DNA of 64,000 nucleotides from Eledone cirrhosa (Eukaryota). Below are positions 13,542 to 27,131 of this stretch, one piece after another; positions within the stretch are counted from its first letter, which is position 1; each line of letters begins with the position of its first letter. The stretch covers positions 268,770,001 to 268,834,000 of the forward strand of contig OZ024742.1 in the NCBI GenBank assembly GCA_964016885.1, given 5' to 3'. The notes beneath the pieces were generated by a model. It worked only from the letters and a program-made list of their open reading frames with translations, did no database searches and was not told the DNA's origin. The translations under genes and the position numbers were made by a program.

Positions 13542-16500
13542 ATTCGCCAATCCTCGATAAGAGTGTTTAAATATCGAACATAAACAGTTCGAATAACGGT
13601 GAAATGGAGACTAGAACGTCATGTGACAGACTCTCACCCAACAGGTGCCCCCTGGCTCAGCAGCAGGAACCTGACTGTCAACCAAATACTGCTGATGTTG
13701 GAGGAAGAAGAAGAAGGAAAGGGGCCAGAACCAACTGGACGAAAGAATTGAATAGAACTGTTATGCAATGCTACCTGAAAAGTAACCCCAAGGAGAGGGG
13801 CTACAGGAGACGGATGCATAACATCTGGAACGAGATTGGTTTATTTAAATTAGATGAACAAAAATTGGCCGGGCAGGCTCGGGTAATAAGAACTAATGGG
13901 TGGATAAGCGAGCTGGAACTGGAGGAACTGAGCAGAGAGAATGGCTTGGAGATGGCGGGTGTAGTATGCCAGACAAGCGAGCCAGTGGGAAATGAAGGTG
14001 GAGAGGTCATGAGAACGGAGGAACCACCCGAAGCAGACAATGATCTGAATACTGAGATAAATAATACCTGGAACAGAGATACGGCCACTGAGGAGATGAA
14101 TGCTGACGGACTAGGACAAGATTCGGTTGACATCCTAAATTTAGTGGTAGATGAATTGAACAATGATAGTAGGAGACCTATGAACCTAAGATTTGTAGAC
14201 AGGAAAAAGTTAAAAGAAACAACAGCTAAGGTAAACAAAGTCATCCCATACCTTGAGGCGAGGAACCTTCACCAGTGCAACAATATCCTCAAAGCAACAG
14301 CAAATACGGTGAGGAAACTACTTGGTATAAAAGCGAGAGGAAACAACAGACAAGAAAGAGCAGAGCCGTGGTGGAAGAAGCGACTGAGTGGGCAAATCGG
14401 GGAAATGAGAAATGACATAGGAAAGCTTGAGTCACTAATGAATGGGACACTAAAAAACATAGGCACTAAAAATAGACTGGAAATAAAATACAAAACTAGG
14501 AGTAAAAAGCTAAATATTATCATAGAGGAATTGAAGCAACGCATTGTAGCAAAGAGTGCAAAAATCAGACGATACGAGAACAGAGTCAGTCAGTATAAAC
14601 AGAACCGCATGTTCGACAACAACCAGAAGATGCTGTTTGGACAGCTTGAGGGGAAAGAAAGAGGCAACGACTTGATCCCTGGGGCGGAACAAACTAAAAC
14701 ATTCTGGAGAGGAATATGGGAGCAGGATGTTAGACACAATGCCCAGGCAGGGTGGATTGAGACAGTACAGAGGGAGATCGGTGAGCAGGCACAGCAACAA
14801 ACTGATTTGAGTATCACAGTTGAAACTCTTAAGGGGCAGGCCAAAAAACTAACCAACTGGAAATCACCAGGCCCAGATGGTGTGCAGGGGTATTGGATTA
14901 AACATTTAACATCCCTCCACCCGAAGCTGACGGCCATGTTCAATGACTGCTTGGTGTCGGGTGAGGTGCCAGAGTGGTTGACAAAAGGTACCACAGTTCT
15001 GATAATGAAAGACCGAATCAAGGGTAATGATGTTACCAACTATAGACCTATCACATGTCTGTCCGTAATGTAGAAACTGTTGACGAGCATTGTGTCTGAG
15101 GAAATCTACCATCACCTCCACACAAACAACTTGTTACCGGACGAACAGAAAGGATGCCGAAAGAAGTCACGTGGTACAAAGGACCAGTTACTTATTGATA
15201 AGATGGTAATGGGGAATTGCAGGAGGAGACACACTGATCTTGCCATGGGATGGATAGACTACAGAAAGGCATTTGACATGGTGCCTCATTCCTGGATCAC
15301 CAAAAGCCTGGAGATCTTCAGGATGGCAGATAACATCAGACAGTTGCTAGGCAGGAGTATGGGGTCCTGGGAGACAGAGTTGACATCAACTGGAGTATCC
15401 TTGGGAAGCGTGAAGATCAAGAGAGGTATCTTCCAGGGAGATAGCCTGTCCCCTCTGTTGTTTGTCCTTGCCCTGATGCCCTTGACCATTATGCTGCGAA
15501 AAGTGAGAGCAGGATACAAGTTGGGAAGGGGAGAGCTTACCATCAATCACCTCCTCTTCATGGACGATCTTAAGCTCTTCGGGAAAAGTGAGAAGGAGTT
15601 GGATGTGCTTGTTGACACTGTCCGTATTTTCAGCAGTGATATATGTATGCAGTTTGGTATTGGTAAATGTGGAGTCATTCTGAATAAGAGGGGTAGGTTG
15701 AGCAGAAGTAACGGGATCCATATACCAACAGGTGAGATGATAAAGGAAATTGACTCTGAGGAAGGATACAAGTATTTGGGCGTTCTGGAGGCTGATGGCA
15801 TAAAGAACAAAAAAATGAAGGAATTGTTAAGAACTGAATACATTCGGAGAGTAAGGAGCGTATTGAAGTCACATCTGAACAGCAGAAATGCCATAAGCGC
15901 AGTAAATTCCCGAGCTGTGTCTATTATTAGGTACAGTGCGGGAATTCTGAGATGGAATGTTGCTGAACAAAAAGAAATGGATAGGAAGACTAGGAAGCTA
16001 TTGACTATCTACAACATGTTCCACAAGAGGAGTGATGTCGATAGACTCTACCTAAGGAGATCTGAGGGTGGAAGAGGTCTTATCAGCATAGAGGACTGTG
16101 TTCAGATGGAGAAAAACAACCTATACAAATACGTGACCTATAGTAAGGAGCCAATGCTCAGAACTGTACTGAAGGAGGGGACAGTAGGCCAGGGGATGTC
16201 CAAGGAGGAAATAACATCAAGGAGGAAGAGCAGCCTTAAGGGAAAATCCCTTCATAGTACCTTCTTTGAGAAAACTGAATTTAGAGATCCACAGATATGG
16301 AACTGGTTGAGAAGAGGAGACCTCAAAAAGGCTACAGAAGGAATGCTAATGGCTGCGCAGGAGCAGGCCCTCAAAACGAAGTGGTTGAAGCACCATATCT
16401 ACAAGGAGGAGGCTAGCCCACTGTGCAGGATCTGTGGAGAGAGAGAGGAGACTGTGGCTCACATTGTGTCCGAGTGTAAACACCTAGCCCAGACCCACTA

Positions 16501-17070
16501 TAAGGGCTGGAGACACGATGTGATGGGCAGGGTGATCCACTGGCACCTGTGCAAAGTAAACAATTTACCACATTCTGAGAAATGGTATGAGCATAGGCCA
16601 GAGGCGGTGATGGAGAAAATCAGGTGAAGGTGCTGTGGGATTTTAGGATACAGACGGACAAAAAACTGGAACACAATAGACCTGACCTGGTGGTTGTGGA
16701 CAAAGAAAAAAGATCGTGCCTGATTGTGGATGTGGCCTGCCCGTTCGACACGAGAGTGCAAGAGAAGGAGAGGGAGAAAATTAACCGATACCAGGACCTA
16801 AAGTGGGAGGTGAAAAGGATTTGGAACTGCCATGAAGTCAAAGTGATCCCGATTGTCATAGGCGCACTGGGGACTATCTCCAAAAGTTTCCAGGGATGGT
16901 TAAAGAAAATCGGCCCCTTCACGCTTTTTGGAACGCTTCAAAAGGCATGCTTGCTTGGAACAGCAAGAACCCTCCGATACGTCCTGAATATCTGAGGCTG
17001 CAGGTAGTGGCTTGATATTCAATCCAACGGACTTTCCAGTTAACCAACATCAATGACTGAGATTCAAGGA
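13536..17070 (+). mobile_element. Full-length R4/Dong-clade (RLE-type) non-LTR retrotransposon inserted in (TAA)n
   Basis: Single long ORF, (TAA)n on both flanks, short UTRs; (TAA)n targeting is established for Dong. Confidence 0.92.
13604..16995 (+). pseudogene. RT + CCHC + restriction-like endonuclease polyprotein with two lesions (TAG at 15071-15073, frameshift near 16620)
   Basis: [71 protein letters not shown]...IVDVACP. Confidence 0.93.
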
Positions 17071-17958
17071 ATAACAACAACAATAATAATAATAATAATA
17101 GGGAAGAAGACGCACGAGGTGGTAGAAGGTCATGAAATCGCTCCCGTAAGTTTTTGATTTTAACATATTTAAATCAATTGTGAAATAACAATTCTTATTA
17201 CAAATGTTGCATAAACCACCGAATGAGGTCCCATAAAGTTTCGGATCCATATTATATTGTTGTATCGCTCGAATATTCAATTTTGTATTATATATTTTGT
17301 ATTCATAAAAAGAAAATGGTTATAAATGGAAGAAAACACCCTCTGTCTACACTATATAGAACAGCCAAATAACAGCAATTTCACCAACACCAGAAACTTG
17401 ATACACCACCTATCCCATCACACTAAATATAACAGCCAGATAACGGCAATTTCACCACCACCACCATCAATCCCAGCATCATAATAATAATTACTATTAT
17501 TATTGTCTCAAATTTTAACAAAATGTTTAATTCCAATTTTACGGGAATATGTCAACACAATATATAATAAAAATATATATTAAACATACGAACACAAACT
17601 CATAGATACTACATATCAGTAACCACAACGCCACCGCTGCCACCACCCCACCCCATCCATCACTGCTACCACTATCCCATCGCCGCCGCAACCCCTCCTT
17701 CATTGCTACCACCACTATTCCCCTGTTAACTTGAGAGAGAAAGGGGAAGGTGGCGGTATCACTAGACAAGGGAGAGGCTAGCAAAAGATATAAATAGATT
17801 GACTTAGTGACCTGGCCACCGGCCAAACGTCAACATCAACAACTATTGGACTGCTGGCACACCCCTTCCTCACCAACAATATAAAAAGCCCCGGCACTAC
17901 CACCGACATAGCCAACAACAATAACAGCCAACTACACCAAAAAGTATATTATATTATT

Positions 17959-18010
17959 GTAATGCACTGGGTGATTGCTGGCCTTGTGCCTGGAGTGGAG
18001 ACAGTTATTA
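17959..18010 (+). mobile_element. SINE 3' tail fragment
   Basis: GTAATGCACTGGGTGATTGCTGGCCTTGTGCC matches the SINE 3' end. Confidence 0.65.
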
Positions 18011-18015
18011 ATAAT

Positions 18016-21000
18016 TTCATTCTTAAGCCACGCAATGCTCACATTAAGGAACCACTCATGATAATAACAATTTAAAAAAAAACAACAAAAAGAAAACCCC
18101 GTGACCAAGAAATACCGGGATGGCGGCCGGCGGGGAATAGCCGTGTCTCTAGGGGAGAACGACCCCTCTAGTCTTGGTTGACACTCGTTCTAGAAGTGGT
18201 AACACGAAATGATTACCCCTTGGCGGATATGGATAAGACGCGACAAAATAAAGTAGATGTCTAATGATAAAATCTCATACCGGATCGGCCATCACCCGGG
18301 TAAAAAAGGGCAGCGTCCCTCAGAGAGGAACCAGACTGGGGTCGAGAAATCAGCTAATGGTTCAAACCTTCCCATGACTTCGGAGCTGGAGACCTCCCAT
18401 AAGCGGAATACTCCTACTGTTGGCCCTCCATGCTCACCACCAAGAAATCCAAAGAAAAAGACAGACAAATAGTCAAGGGAAGATAATAAAGAAGTCCTTG
18501 AGGCTTTCTACACTGCCATGTACTACCCATCAAATACATCGAATACAGAACAGACATATATCAACTGGAAAAAGAAACATCCCGAAAACAGAGACTGTAT
18601 TGACAGTAACAAACTAGCCAATATACGAAGAAATATTGTAAGAAAAAAGTTACTAACTGATATAGAAATTGATCAGATCAAGCTATTAGCACAAAGTCAG
18701 CGAAGGGAAAATGAAACATGTGTCAGTGAAAACGTGGTAAATTGTAACACTTCGAATCCCAGGGTTGGGGCGGAATCACTGGCAACAGAACAAATTAAAG
18801 AAAGGATCGAAAAAGTGGAGGGAGTGCATGCTCAAGATGAAACTCCAAATGAAAATAATGAGATCGAAAATGATAAAGAAATGAATGAGAATGAACTTGC
18901 CAACTTGAAGGATGAAATTATGATCGAATGGATGAAAATGAAAGAATCTGACATGGGGCAACGAGACACCCTCCCTAAGATCCAGAACTCCAAACAGAAC
19001 CAAAAGATAATACACAAGACTAACATAATTCTCAAAAACATTATCATCACAAACAAACTAAACATTACTGATTTAAATCATCTCTATTATGCATCGGCTA
19101 AAGTCACCACTCACTTATGTGGAGTGAAGATGAAAATACAAAGGAATTCCCACAAGAAATCTACTTGGCAAGAGAACATCAATCGCCAAATAAACCTTCT
19201 CCGATCTGACATAGAAATTTTAACAAACTATAAAGTAGGTGAACATGTTAAACAAACTAAACTTAGAAAATTGAAAAAAAAGTACAGTATAAAATCAGCA
19301 TGTGACATAGACATGCTGATAGAAATAATCAAGTAAAAAGTGTCGGCCAAAGCTGCTCGTATAAGGCGCTTTGAAAACCGATCTAGATTCTATAAGGACA
19401 ATAATATGTTAAAAAACAACCAAAGAAACTTCTACATAAAAATTGGTAAGTCAACAATAACTGCTAAATCAATACCACCCAAGGAGAGTGCAAGAATTCT
19501 GGAAAAGATCTGGGCCGAGGAAAAAGTTCATAACATACATGCCCCATGGATAGATAGACAAATGAAAGATACAGCTCACCTTGAGATTAACAAAATGATA
19601 CTGGAAGATTGTCATAATAGACACAAAAATCTATCGATTGCTTGCTTAGATTATAAAAAAGCATTCGATAGTTTGCCACACAGTTGGATTGAAAAATGTT
19701 TAGAGATTTTTAAAATATCCCCCGTTGTCAGGAGGTTTTTGTCATTCAGTATGAAGACATGGAAAACGACACTCCTTTTGAATAGTGAAACAAAATCACT
19801 GGAAGCTGGAGAAGTTAATATTAATTGTGGAATGTTTCAGGGTGACTCTTTATCACCGCTTTTATTCTGCATCGCACTTATACCATAAAGTAAAATGCTC
19901 AATGAAACAAAACATGGATATAAAGTCTATGACAAAACCATTAATAACCTGTTCTACATGGATGACCTGAAACTATTTGCAAAAAATGATGAACAATTGC
20001 AAGTGCTATTATCCACTGTGGAGCAGTTCAGTGATGTCATTAAAATGGAGTTTGGACTAGATAAATGCGCCAAAGCAACGTTCACCAGAGGAAAGCTGCT
20101 GAAGAGTTCAGACATTAATCTTGATCGGGAGAACGTGATAAGAGAACTTGATCAAGAAAAAACTTACAAATATCTAGGTGTTTGTGAAGGAGACGGAATC
20201 AAGCACTCGACGATGAGGGAAAGGATAAGGAAGGAATGTTACCGCAGAGTAAGAGCAATCTTAAGAACGGAATTGAATGCAAGGAATAGGATCGATGCCA
20301 TAAACACGCTTGCCATACCAGTAGTAACCTACAGTTACAATGTCATCAACTGGTCAAGCACAGAGATCCGTAGGCTCGATACAAAAATTCGAAAATTCTT
20401 AACCATGCACAGAATGCATCACCCTAAGGCAGATATAGATATAATATATCTCCCTAGGAAAGAAGGAGGACGTGGGTTAATACAGTTAGACATTGCGTTG
20501 AAAACTGCAACAATTGGATTATCTACATATCTAATGGAATCACAAGATTGGATGATCAAACTCGTTTTGAAACACGAAAGTATCAAAAGATCATATTCCA
20601 TTACAAAAGATGCACAAAGATACAGTAATGGACTACAAATTTCAGAAGTCCCATTTACTGCTGAAATGGAAAACACAGAAAAAGCAAAGCAGGTAAAAGT
20701 AACTGCAAAGAAAAAACTGCTACAGAAACTGGCTAAGAAATGGCAAGAAAAGCCTCTGTATGGAAAATACCCAGAGCGAGCTAACAATCCTGATGTTGAC
20801 AAAACTTTAACCCATCAGTGGTTGGCATCCTCTGGACTGAAATTGGAGACGGAAGGACTGGTTATATTAGCACAAGTTCAGTGTCTGCCAACAAAAAATT
20901 GTAGGCGCTCTGGGAATGATAGCTAAGGGGTCTAATGATTACATATCGCAAATCCCAGGAAACCCGCGTATAGGAGAAATACAAAAGATAGTACTAATGG

Positions 21001-21180
21001 GAACTGCCCATATACTGAGGAAGATTCTGTCAATATAAGTACATCACAAGTCTAAACACTAAAGATGCATGTGTGAATATGTATGTTCTTTCTTGAACAT
21101 GGCGGACCTTGTTGTCTCTTGAGGTCACAGGTTGTGACTTGGTGATAACTCGTATGAACATAAAGCATGATAAATGCAAA
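18016..21180 (+). mobile_element. Second R4/Dong-family LINE, internally deleted and non-autonomous
   Basis: ORF pieces 18257-20926 with [26 protein letters not shown]; deletion near 19580 (early RT) and near 20900 (zinc knuckle and most of RLE; resumes VGALGMIAKG...GTAHILRKILSI); ends in (TAA)5. Confidence 0.88.
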
Positions 21181-21196
21181 TAATAATAATAATAAT

Positions 21197-21292
21197 TGTT
21201 TCTACTTTAGGCACAAGGCCAGCAATTACCCAGTGCATTACTGGTAGTTTATTTTATCGACCCCGTAAGGATGAAAGGCAAAGTCAACCTCG
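21197..21292 (-). mobile_element. SINE 3' half
   Basis: Identical to 26551-26646, including the private variant CTGGTAGTTT. Confidence 0.85.
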
Positions 21293-24200
21293 AATGCCTT
21301 CTTTATTAACCACAAGGGTTTACATAAAGTAGACATTAAGGACAGTACAGGACAATACAGGACGGTACAAATGTGCATTTCTGCGTGTAAATAAAACAAA
21401 AACAGAGGATGTAACAAAAAAAAAAGACAATGAACAATTCACCAATAGTGGGGAGACTTCCGACGGACATTTTTAGAGAAAGCCCATTAAAAGGCCACAG
21501 TGACTCTGACAACCAAGGCAAGTGCCCTCTACCAGTTTTCCACCTTTAATTAGCAGACACATACTCAAAGCAGACCCATTCACTCGGGCCATACTTGCAT
21601 CTCTCAGCCATCTTTCAACAAAATGCTGGGAAGAGAGCACTTCTCTCTCTACCCTGATTTTCCATTTCAAATGAAATTTGAAAAAAGTTGATCAGGGCAT
21701 CACCAAAGAGGTAAGTGCTCGATTTCAGCCCTTTCAAACGTGTCCATACTATCTCTTTTGCATTGGCCACCAGAGAGATAAAAACTGCCCGCTCTTCCCG
21801 GCTAAAGGAAGACGGCGGAGCAATCCTCACGATGGACTCAGCTGGTAGCTGGATCCGTCCTACATTGACAGCAGGAGTTCGACATAAAGCCACAAGTCAG
21901 CAATGCTCGGACACTGGACGAGTGCGTGCAGGGCAGTTTCGTCGCCCTGCGCGCATCTCGGACATGCCCGGCTGACGGCACCTTCATGCCTGTAGAGTTT
22001 ATCCCGAAATGGCAAAGCTCCTCGGTAGCACGGCCAGGCCAGCGATTTCTGGCCTCGCGCCGAAAGTTCTTCCGAAGAGATCGACTAGTTGATTTTCGTC
22101 GAGGCCTAGATTTTCTTCAAGTACGTCGTCGCTCTTCCCCTCCACTAATCCTCTATAGAACGCCAAGGTGGAGTTTCCACCGATCACATTGCCCGATTCG
22201 TCGAGTGCTGTGAGCGCCTGAAGACATTCCAGTCTCCAAGCGCTCCCTCTCGGTCTTCGCTTGACCCAGGACTGCAGATCCGTCAAGGAGAAGAGCTGGG
22301 GAAAGACGCGTCTAGCAAACGGCGACCACACCTGATCACCGTCGAGGAAGAGGTGGAGATGTCGTAGCCTGAGCGCGTGTCTGCGCATCATCAGCCACGG
22401 CATGCTCAGCCCTCCACGTAGCGGGTGTTGACAGCAGATGGACCGCCTGACCATCGGAGCGCGTGCCTTCCACAAAAAACGAAAGAGCAAAAGCTCCAGC
22501 TCAGTCAGGCGAGGCTTAGGACAAGGTACGACGGTCAGGCGGTAGTAGATGACGGCCGCGATGTACGCGTTAGCCACCTCCGCTCGAACCTTCAGGGATG
22601 GCTTCCTCCCCGCCCATTTCTGGGTGAGTGTAACCACCCTGCTCGTCACTTCATCCCAGATTTTGTCCGTCTGGAGGTCTGGACCGAACCATTCCCCTAG
22701 CAATTTAACCGGTCCGTCCGTCCAGCGCCTGGAGACGCTGTTGGACGGCATGGACCTGCCTCTCCAGGTACCGAGCTGCAGGCCCACTAAAGTCCATCCG
22801 TCGAGGTAGCCACTAAATCAATCCTTCGATCCGTCCAGCCACTGCCCCCGAACAGCTGTGCGAAGTGTCGCTGAAAAGCTTCACACATTTGCCCGGTATC
22901 GAGTTGCATGCGCCCGTCGTGGTCCACCAAAGACCGGATCGTGGCTTTATTGCCATGACGCGCCTCCGCCACTCAGTCCCATTGAATGGCTTTCCTCCAC
23001 TCGTGTCTGACAGCACGCACCCTAGCTCTGACAACGCAGCCTTCGTGCTTTGCATTGAAGAGTTAGTCAAGGGCCAATTTCGCCGCAAGTACGTCGGTCG
23101 CGATACCTTTGCTAAACGCGTCGTCTAATTTTCTAGCTAGTACTCCCTCTGCTCCATTTTTCTCTATTGCTAAAGCCTTACTAAACCTAATGGATTCTAT
23201 TCTAATCGCTCTTTTCTGAGCTAACCACCACTTGTTGACGATGGTCCCAGTCAACGCCCGCTTAACTAGTTCGCTAATCCGGTCTCTCTAGGACTTGCGC
23301 GCTGGTAAGGACGCGTTTAGCTTTCAGTAGCCGTGTCCTCGTCTATGAAGCCTATCTAAGTCAAGCACACAGATCACCAATGTGTGGTCCGTGTAGCTGA
23401 ATATCTTGAATTGAGGACAGCCTATGCTAGACCTAACTATTTCTCTACAAAATACTCTATCAAGATATGATCTGGATGACCCTATGCGATTTGTCCAAGT
23501 CCACATTCGCACATTCGGGAAATCCAATCGGTACCTGTCAGACAGTTCAAAACGCCTGAGCATGTTGTTGAGGCTCTTGCACCCTCCTCCCCTATCCGCT
23601 AATCCCACACAGTCCCAGCGTGCCTCTAAGACCCCGTTCCAGTCGCCCACTAATCTAAAGAGCAGAACGTTCCAAGAAAGGCCTGCAGACGCCGGAAGAA
23701 ATCAGGCCGCCTTGCTCCTGTCGGTGAATAGACGGCCACTAGCCTGAAAGCTTGCCCGTCTCCGCTGGTCACGTCCAGCACCATCAACTTAACCTCTGGG
23801 TCCAGGAATGAGGCCCGTATGGCGAGATCCAAACCTCTCCGAAAAAGCACAACAACTCCCCCCCCCCGACCCAGGACGGCTGGGAGATGCGAACACATCA
23901 TAGCCGCCGAAGTTCGGTGCGAAGGCCCTTGCTTCGAAGATTCTGGTCTCGCTGATGGCCACTACATCTATGTTTAGTGACCTGAGGTCGTTGAGCAGAT
24001 GGCCCTGTTTCCATGACGACCCCAAGCCACACGCATTTATGCTGGCTATTCTGAGTGAGGTCATGTTGAAATGGAGTGGAAAAGATGGGAATTACCACTT
24101 ACCTTACTTCTCGTAGAGGAAGGATGGTTTCTCCATCGTTTTCATTGCTTGTGGCATCCTCCGAAAGGTTGTCCTTATAAATCCATCTGGAGAGTGCTTG

Positions 24201-26217
24201 TCGGAAGTCTCCGATGTCTTTGGGGAATTTTTGTTTTAGTGTGGTGTTCGTTTTATGTGTGATGCGAGTGATTTGTATGTGTGGAGGTGGTGTGAACTTT
24301 TGGGTTGTTGTATAGTCTTTTTCTTTGATGCTGGTGTTGTGTTGGATGTAGTGTAATAATTGGTTGTTGTACAAATTTAATGCTGTGTAGTGTGTATCGT
24401 TTTGGTTGTTTTGTTTCCTTCGTTTGTTGTGGGTTTGTTTCTGTTTCGCTTATTGGTGACGTTTGTGTTGTTGGTGATGGTGGTGTTCGGGTTAATGATG
24501 GTGATGGTGTTGGTGTTTGTGGTGATGGAGTTGGTGATGCTTGTGTGGATGGTGGCATATCTGTCCTAACTTTTTTGTTTGATAGTCTATTTGTTTTCCT
24601 CTGTATTTTGTTTTTGGACGGGGAGGGAAGCGGATTTTTTCTTTTTCGGTTTCTTTTTCTTTTTTTCTTTTTTCCTGATACAGTTTCCCACTCCTCGTTG
24701 TCACAATCTGTCTCTAGTTGCGATAGGTCGGAGAGAGGAAAATCCTCCACAGGAGTTGGTTTTGGTTGTGGCCTGGTGCATGTTGTAGGCGCTGGTGCTA
24801 GTTCTGGCGCGTTGGGTGGTGGGGTTGTTGCTGTTAAAGTTGCTTAAGTTGTTGCTGCTACAGTTATTGCTGCCATTTCTGCTGCTGCTGGTGTTGATGG
24901 TTTATTTACTGGCGTAGGTAGGAGAGGTGGCCTCAACCTTTTAGCCTGAGGGCAGAAAGCCCTTAGGTGGGTTCCTTCACCACAAACGACGCACCTAGGC
25001 CTTCTGCCCTCGACGATTACGGTGAGGTGGCTGCCGTCAGTGAGGTCTATTACCTCTTGGATTTCCTTAATGCTTTTTTGGTCCGCTTGGATCAGGAGCT
25101 CCATCCAAGATCCGTACCAGTTCTCCTGCTTTTCTTTCGCTATTTCGATTATCTTGGTGTTGACTTCGATGCCGGTGAGGACGGCAGCTATTAGCCAGGG
25201 AATTTCGATGGCCGGTGGAACGTGGGTCAACCTGATCATGACGAGTCACTTGCCACAATAGCTTGGGACGAGTGTGAAGTCATCACTACTTAATGGGGCG
25301 ATGGAGTGTTCTCTGGCCTCCTGTTGTGTTTCAAAGAACACGTCCACGGTTCCATATTTCTGCCCACGTCTGATGTGGGTTTTTTTCTGCCCACACATGT
25401 CCCAAAGCTTTTTGGATTTAGGACTCGGATGCCCGTTCCACTCGGCGCGATTTTACATTTATTGTTCGATACGACACGGTGCATAGGCGCCGATGCTCCA
25501 TTTTATTAGGACGGGGGAGAGCCTGACCCTGTACCCATCTTTCTTTACCATTTCTGTGGGTTCTTCTAATTCCTCCTGATTTACGTGGAATGCTTTGCAC
25601 TTTTTTGCTACTCTGGCAAAAGACAGGGTTGTTTTCTTAATTTCATTGTTGTTATCGTTATTTTTGTTATTGTTAATTTTAGTTTCAGTTGTGGTGGTGG
25701 TGGCGTTAGTGGTGTTCGGTGTGGAAGAGTTAATTTTGGCTTAATTCGTTTCGATAGCACGAGATAATTTATTTTTTCCTTTTGTTTCTGTTGTGACTGT
25801 GGTGGTGGTAGGGGTGGCGGCTTCAACACCTGCAGTCATTGGTAATGGCGGGAAATGAATGTCCGCCTGAGACAAATTTAAAATATCGCTACTGCTTATA
25901 TTTTTAGTTTTGGCAAACGTAGTAATATTTACAATGGTGGTGTCGGTGTGAGGTGTTAGTTTGTGACGAAGACTCTCAGCTACTGGGCTCAGCCGTCAGT
26001 CGGCCATGAATTTTCAAAGAATTTTTTTTTTTTTTAATAATTATAAAAGATTAAGTTTTGGGCTCAAGGCCCCAACTTTTTGAGTGTCCTTTTCAGAAAA
26101 CTATCTATGTGTACATATGTACAGTTAACAATAAAGATTTTCCAATAATGGCAATTTTAACTGAACATAACAAACCTTTGCGGAGCTCACGATAATACGA
26201 TTTACTACGTAGGCGCC
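21293..26217 (-). mobile_element. Second Tx1/L1-clade LINE; both ends present, RT core deleted
   Basis: ORF1 CVVCGEGTHLRAFC; APE MTSLRIASINACGL; near 22790 it jumps from pre-RT sequence to post-YxDD sequence (about 0.9 kb missing relative to element 1); AATAAA on - strand at 21302-21307. Confidence 0.9.
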
Positions 26218-26276
<59 letters not shown>

Positions 26277-26279
<3 letters not shown>

Positions 26280-26534
26280 GGGGTCTAATGATTACTTATC
26301 GCAAATCCGAGGAAACCCGCGTATAGGAGAAATATAAAAGATAGTACTAATGGGAACTGCCCATATACTAAGGAAGATTCTGTCAATATAATTACATCAC
26401 AAGTCTAAGCACCTAAAGATGAATGTGTGTGTATGTATGTTGTTTCTTGAATATAGCGGACCTTGTTGTCTCTTGAGGTCACTGGTTGTGACTTGGTGAT
26501 AACTCGTATGAACATAAAGCATGATAAATGCAAA
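26277..26534 (+). mobile_element. 5'-truncated copy (3' end only) of the second Dong family, in (AAT)n
   Basis: Homologous to 20924-21180; preceded by about 20 AAT units and followed by (TAA)5. Confidence 0.85.
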
Positions 26535-26550
26535 TAATAATAATAATAAT

Positions 26551-26734
26551 TGTTTCTACTTTAGGCACAAGGCCAGCAATTACCCAGTGCATTACTGGTA
26601 GTTTATTTTATCGACCCCGTAAGGATGAAAGGCAAAGTCAACCTCGGCGGGATTTGAAATCAGATCTTAAAGGGACGTCACTATGCTGGAAAGCATGGCG
26701 TCCGGCTCTCTACCGATACTGCCAATCCACCGCC
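26551..26734 (-). mobile_element. Full-length tRNA-derived SINE
   Basis: - strand reads GGCGGTGGATTGGCAGTATCGGTAGAG...TTCAAATCCCGCCGAGG...GAAACA(ATT)n. Confidence 0.88.
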
Positions 26735-26746
26735 AATACACCGCCC

Positions 26747-26795
<49 letters not shown>

Positions 26796-26876
26796 TAATA
26801 ATATTTATATCCCTTACTTTAACAAGGAGAAAAACCACCCAAACCATGCAATTGAAAAATTGCATGCAGGCATATA

Positions 26877-27021
<145 letters not shown>

Positions 27022-27054
27022 ATATATGTATATATTTATACATGTATGTATGTA

Positions 27055-27131
<77 letters not shown>

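Noticed and set aside
20924-26646. Giant TSD or LTR pair around Tx1 element 2
   Set aside because: Divergence is mosaic, about 20 AAT units separate the right copy from the element, and the repeat is Dong plus SINE sequence.
26551-26734. tRNA gene (A and B boxes)
   Set aside because: No full cloverleaf; multi-copy with a shared body and (ATT)n tail, so it is a SINE head.
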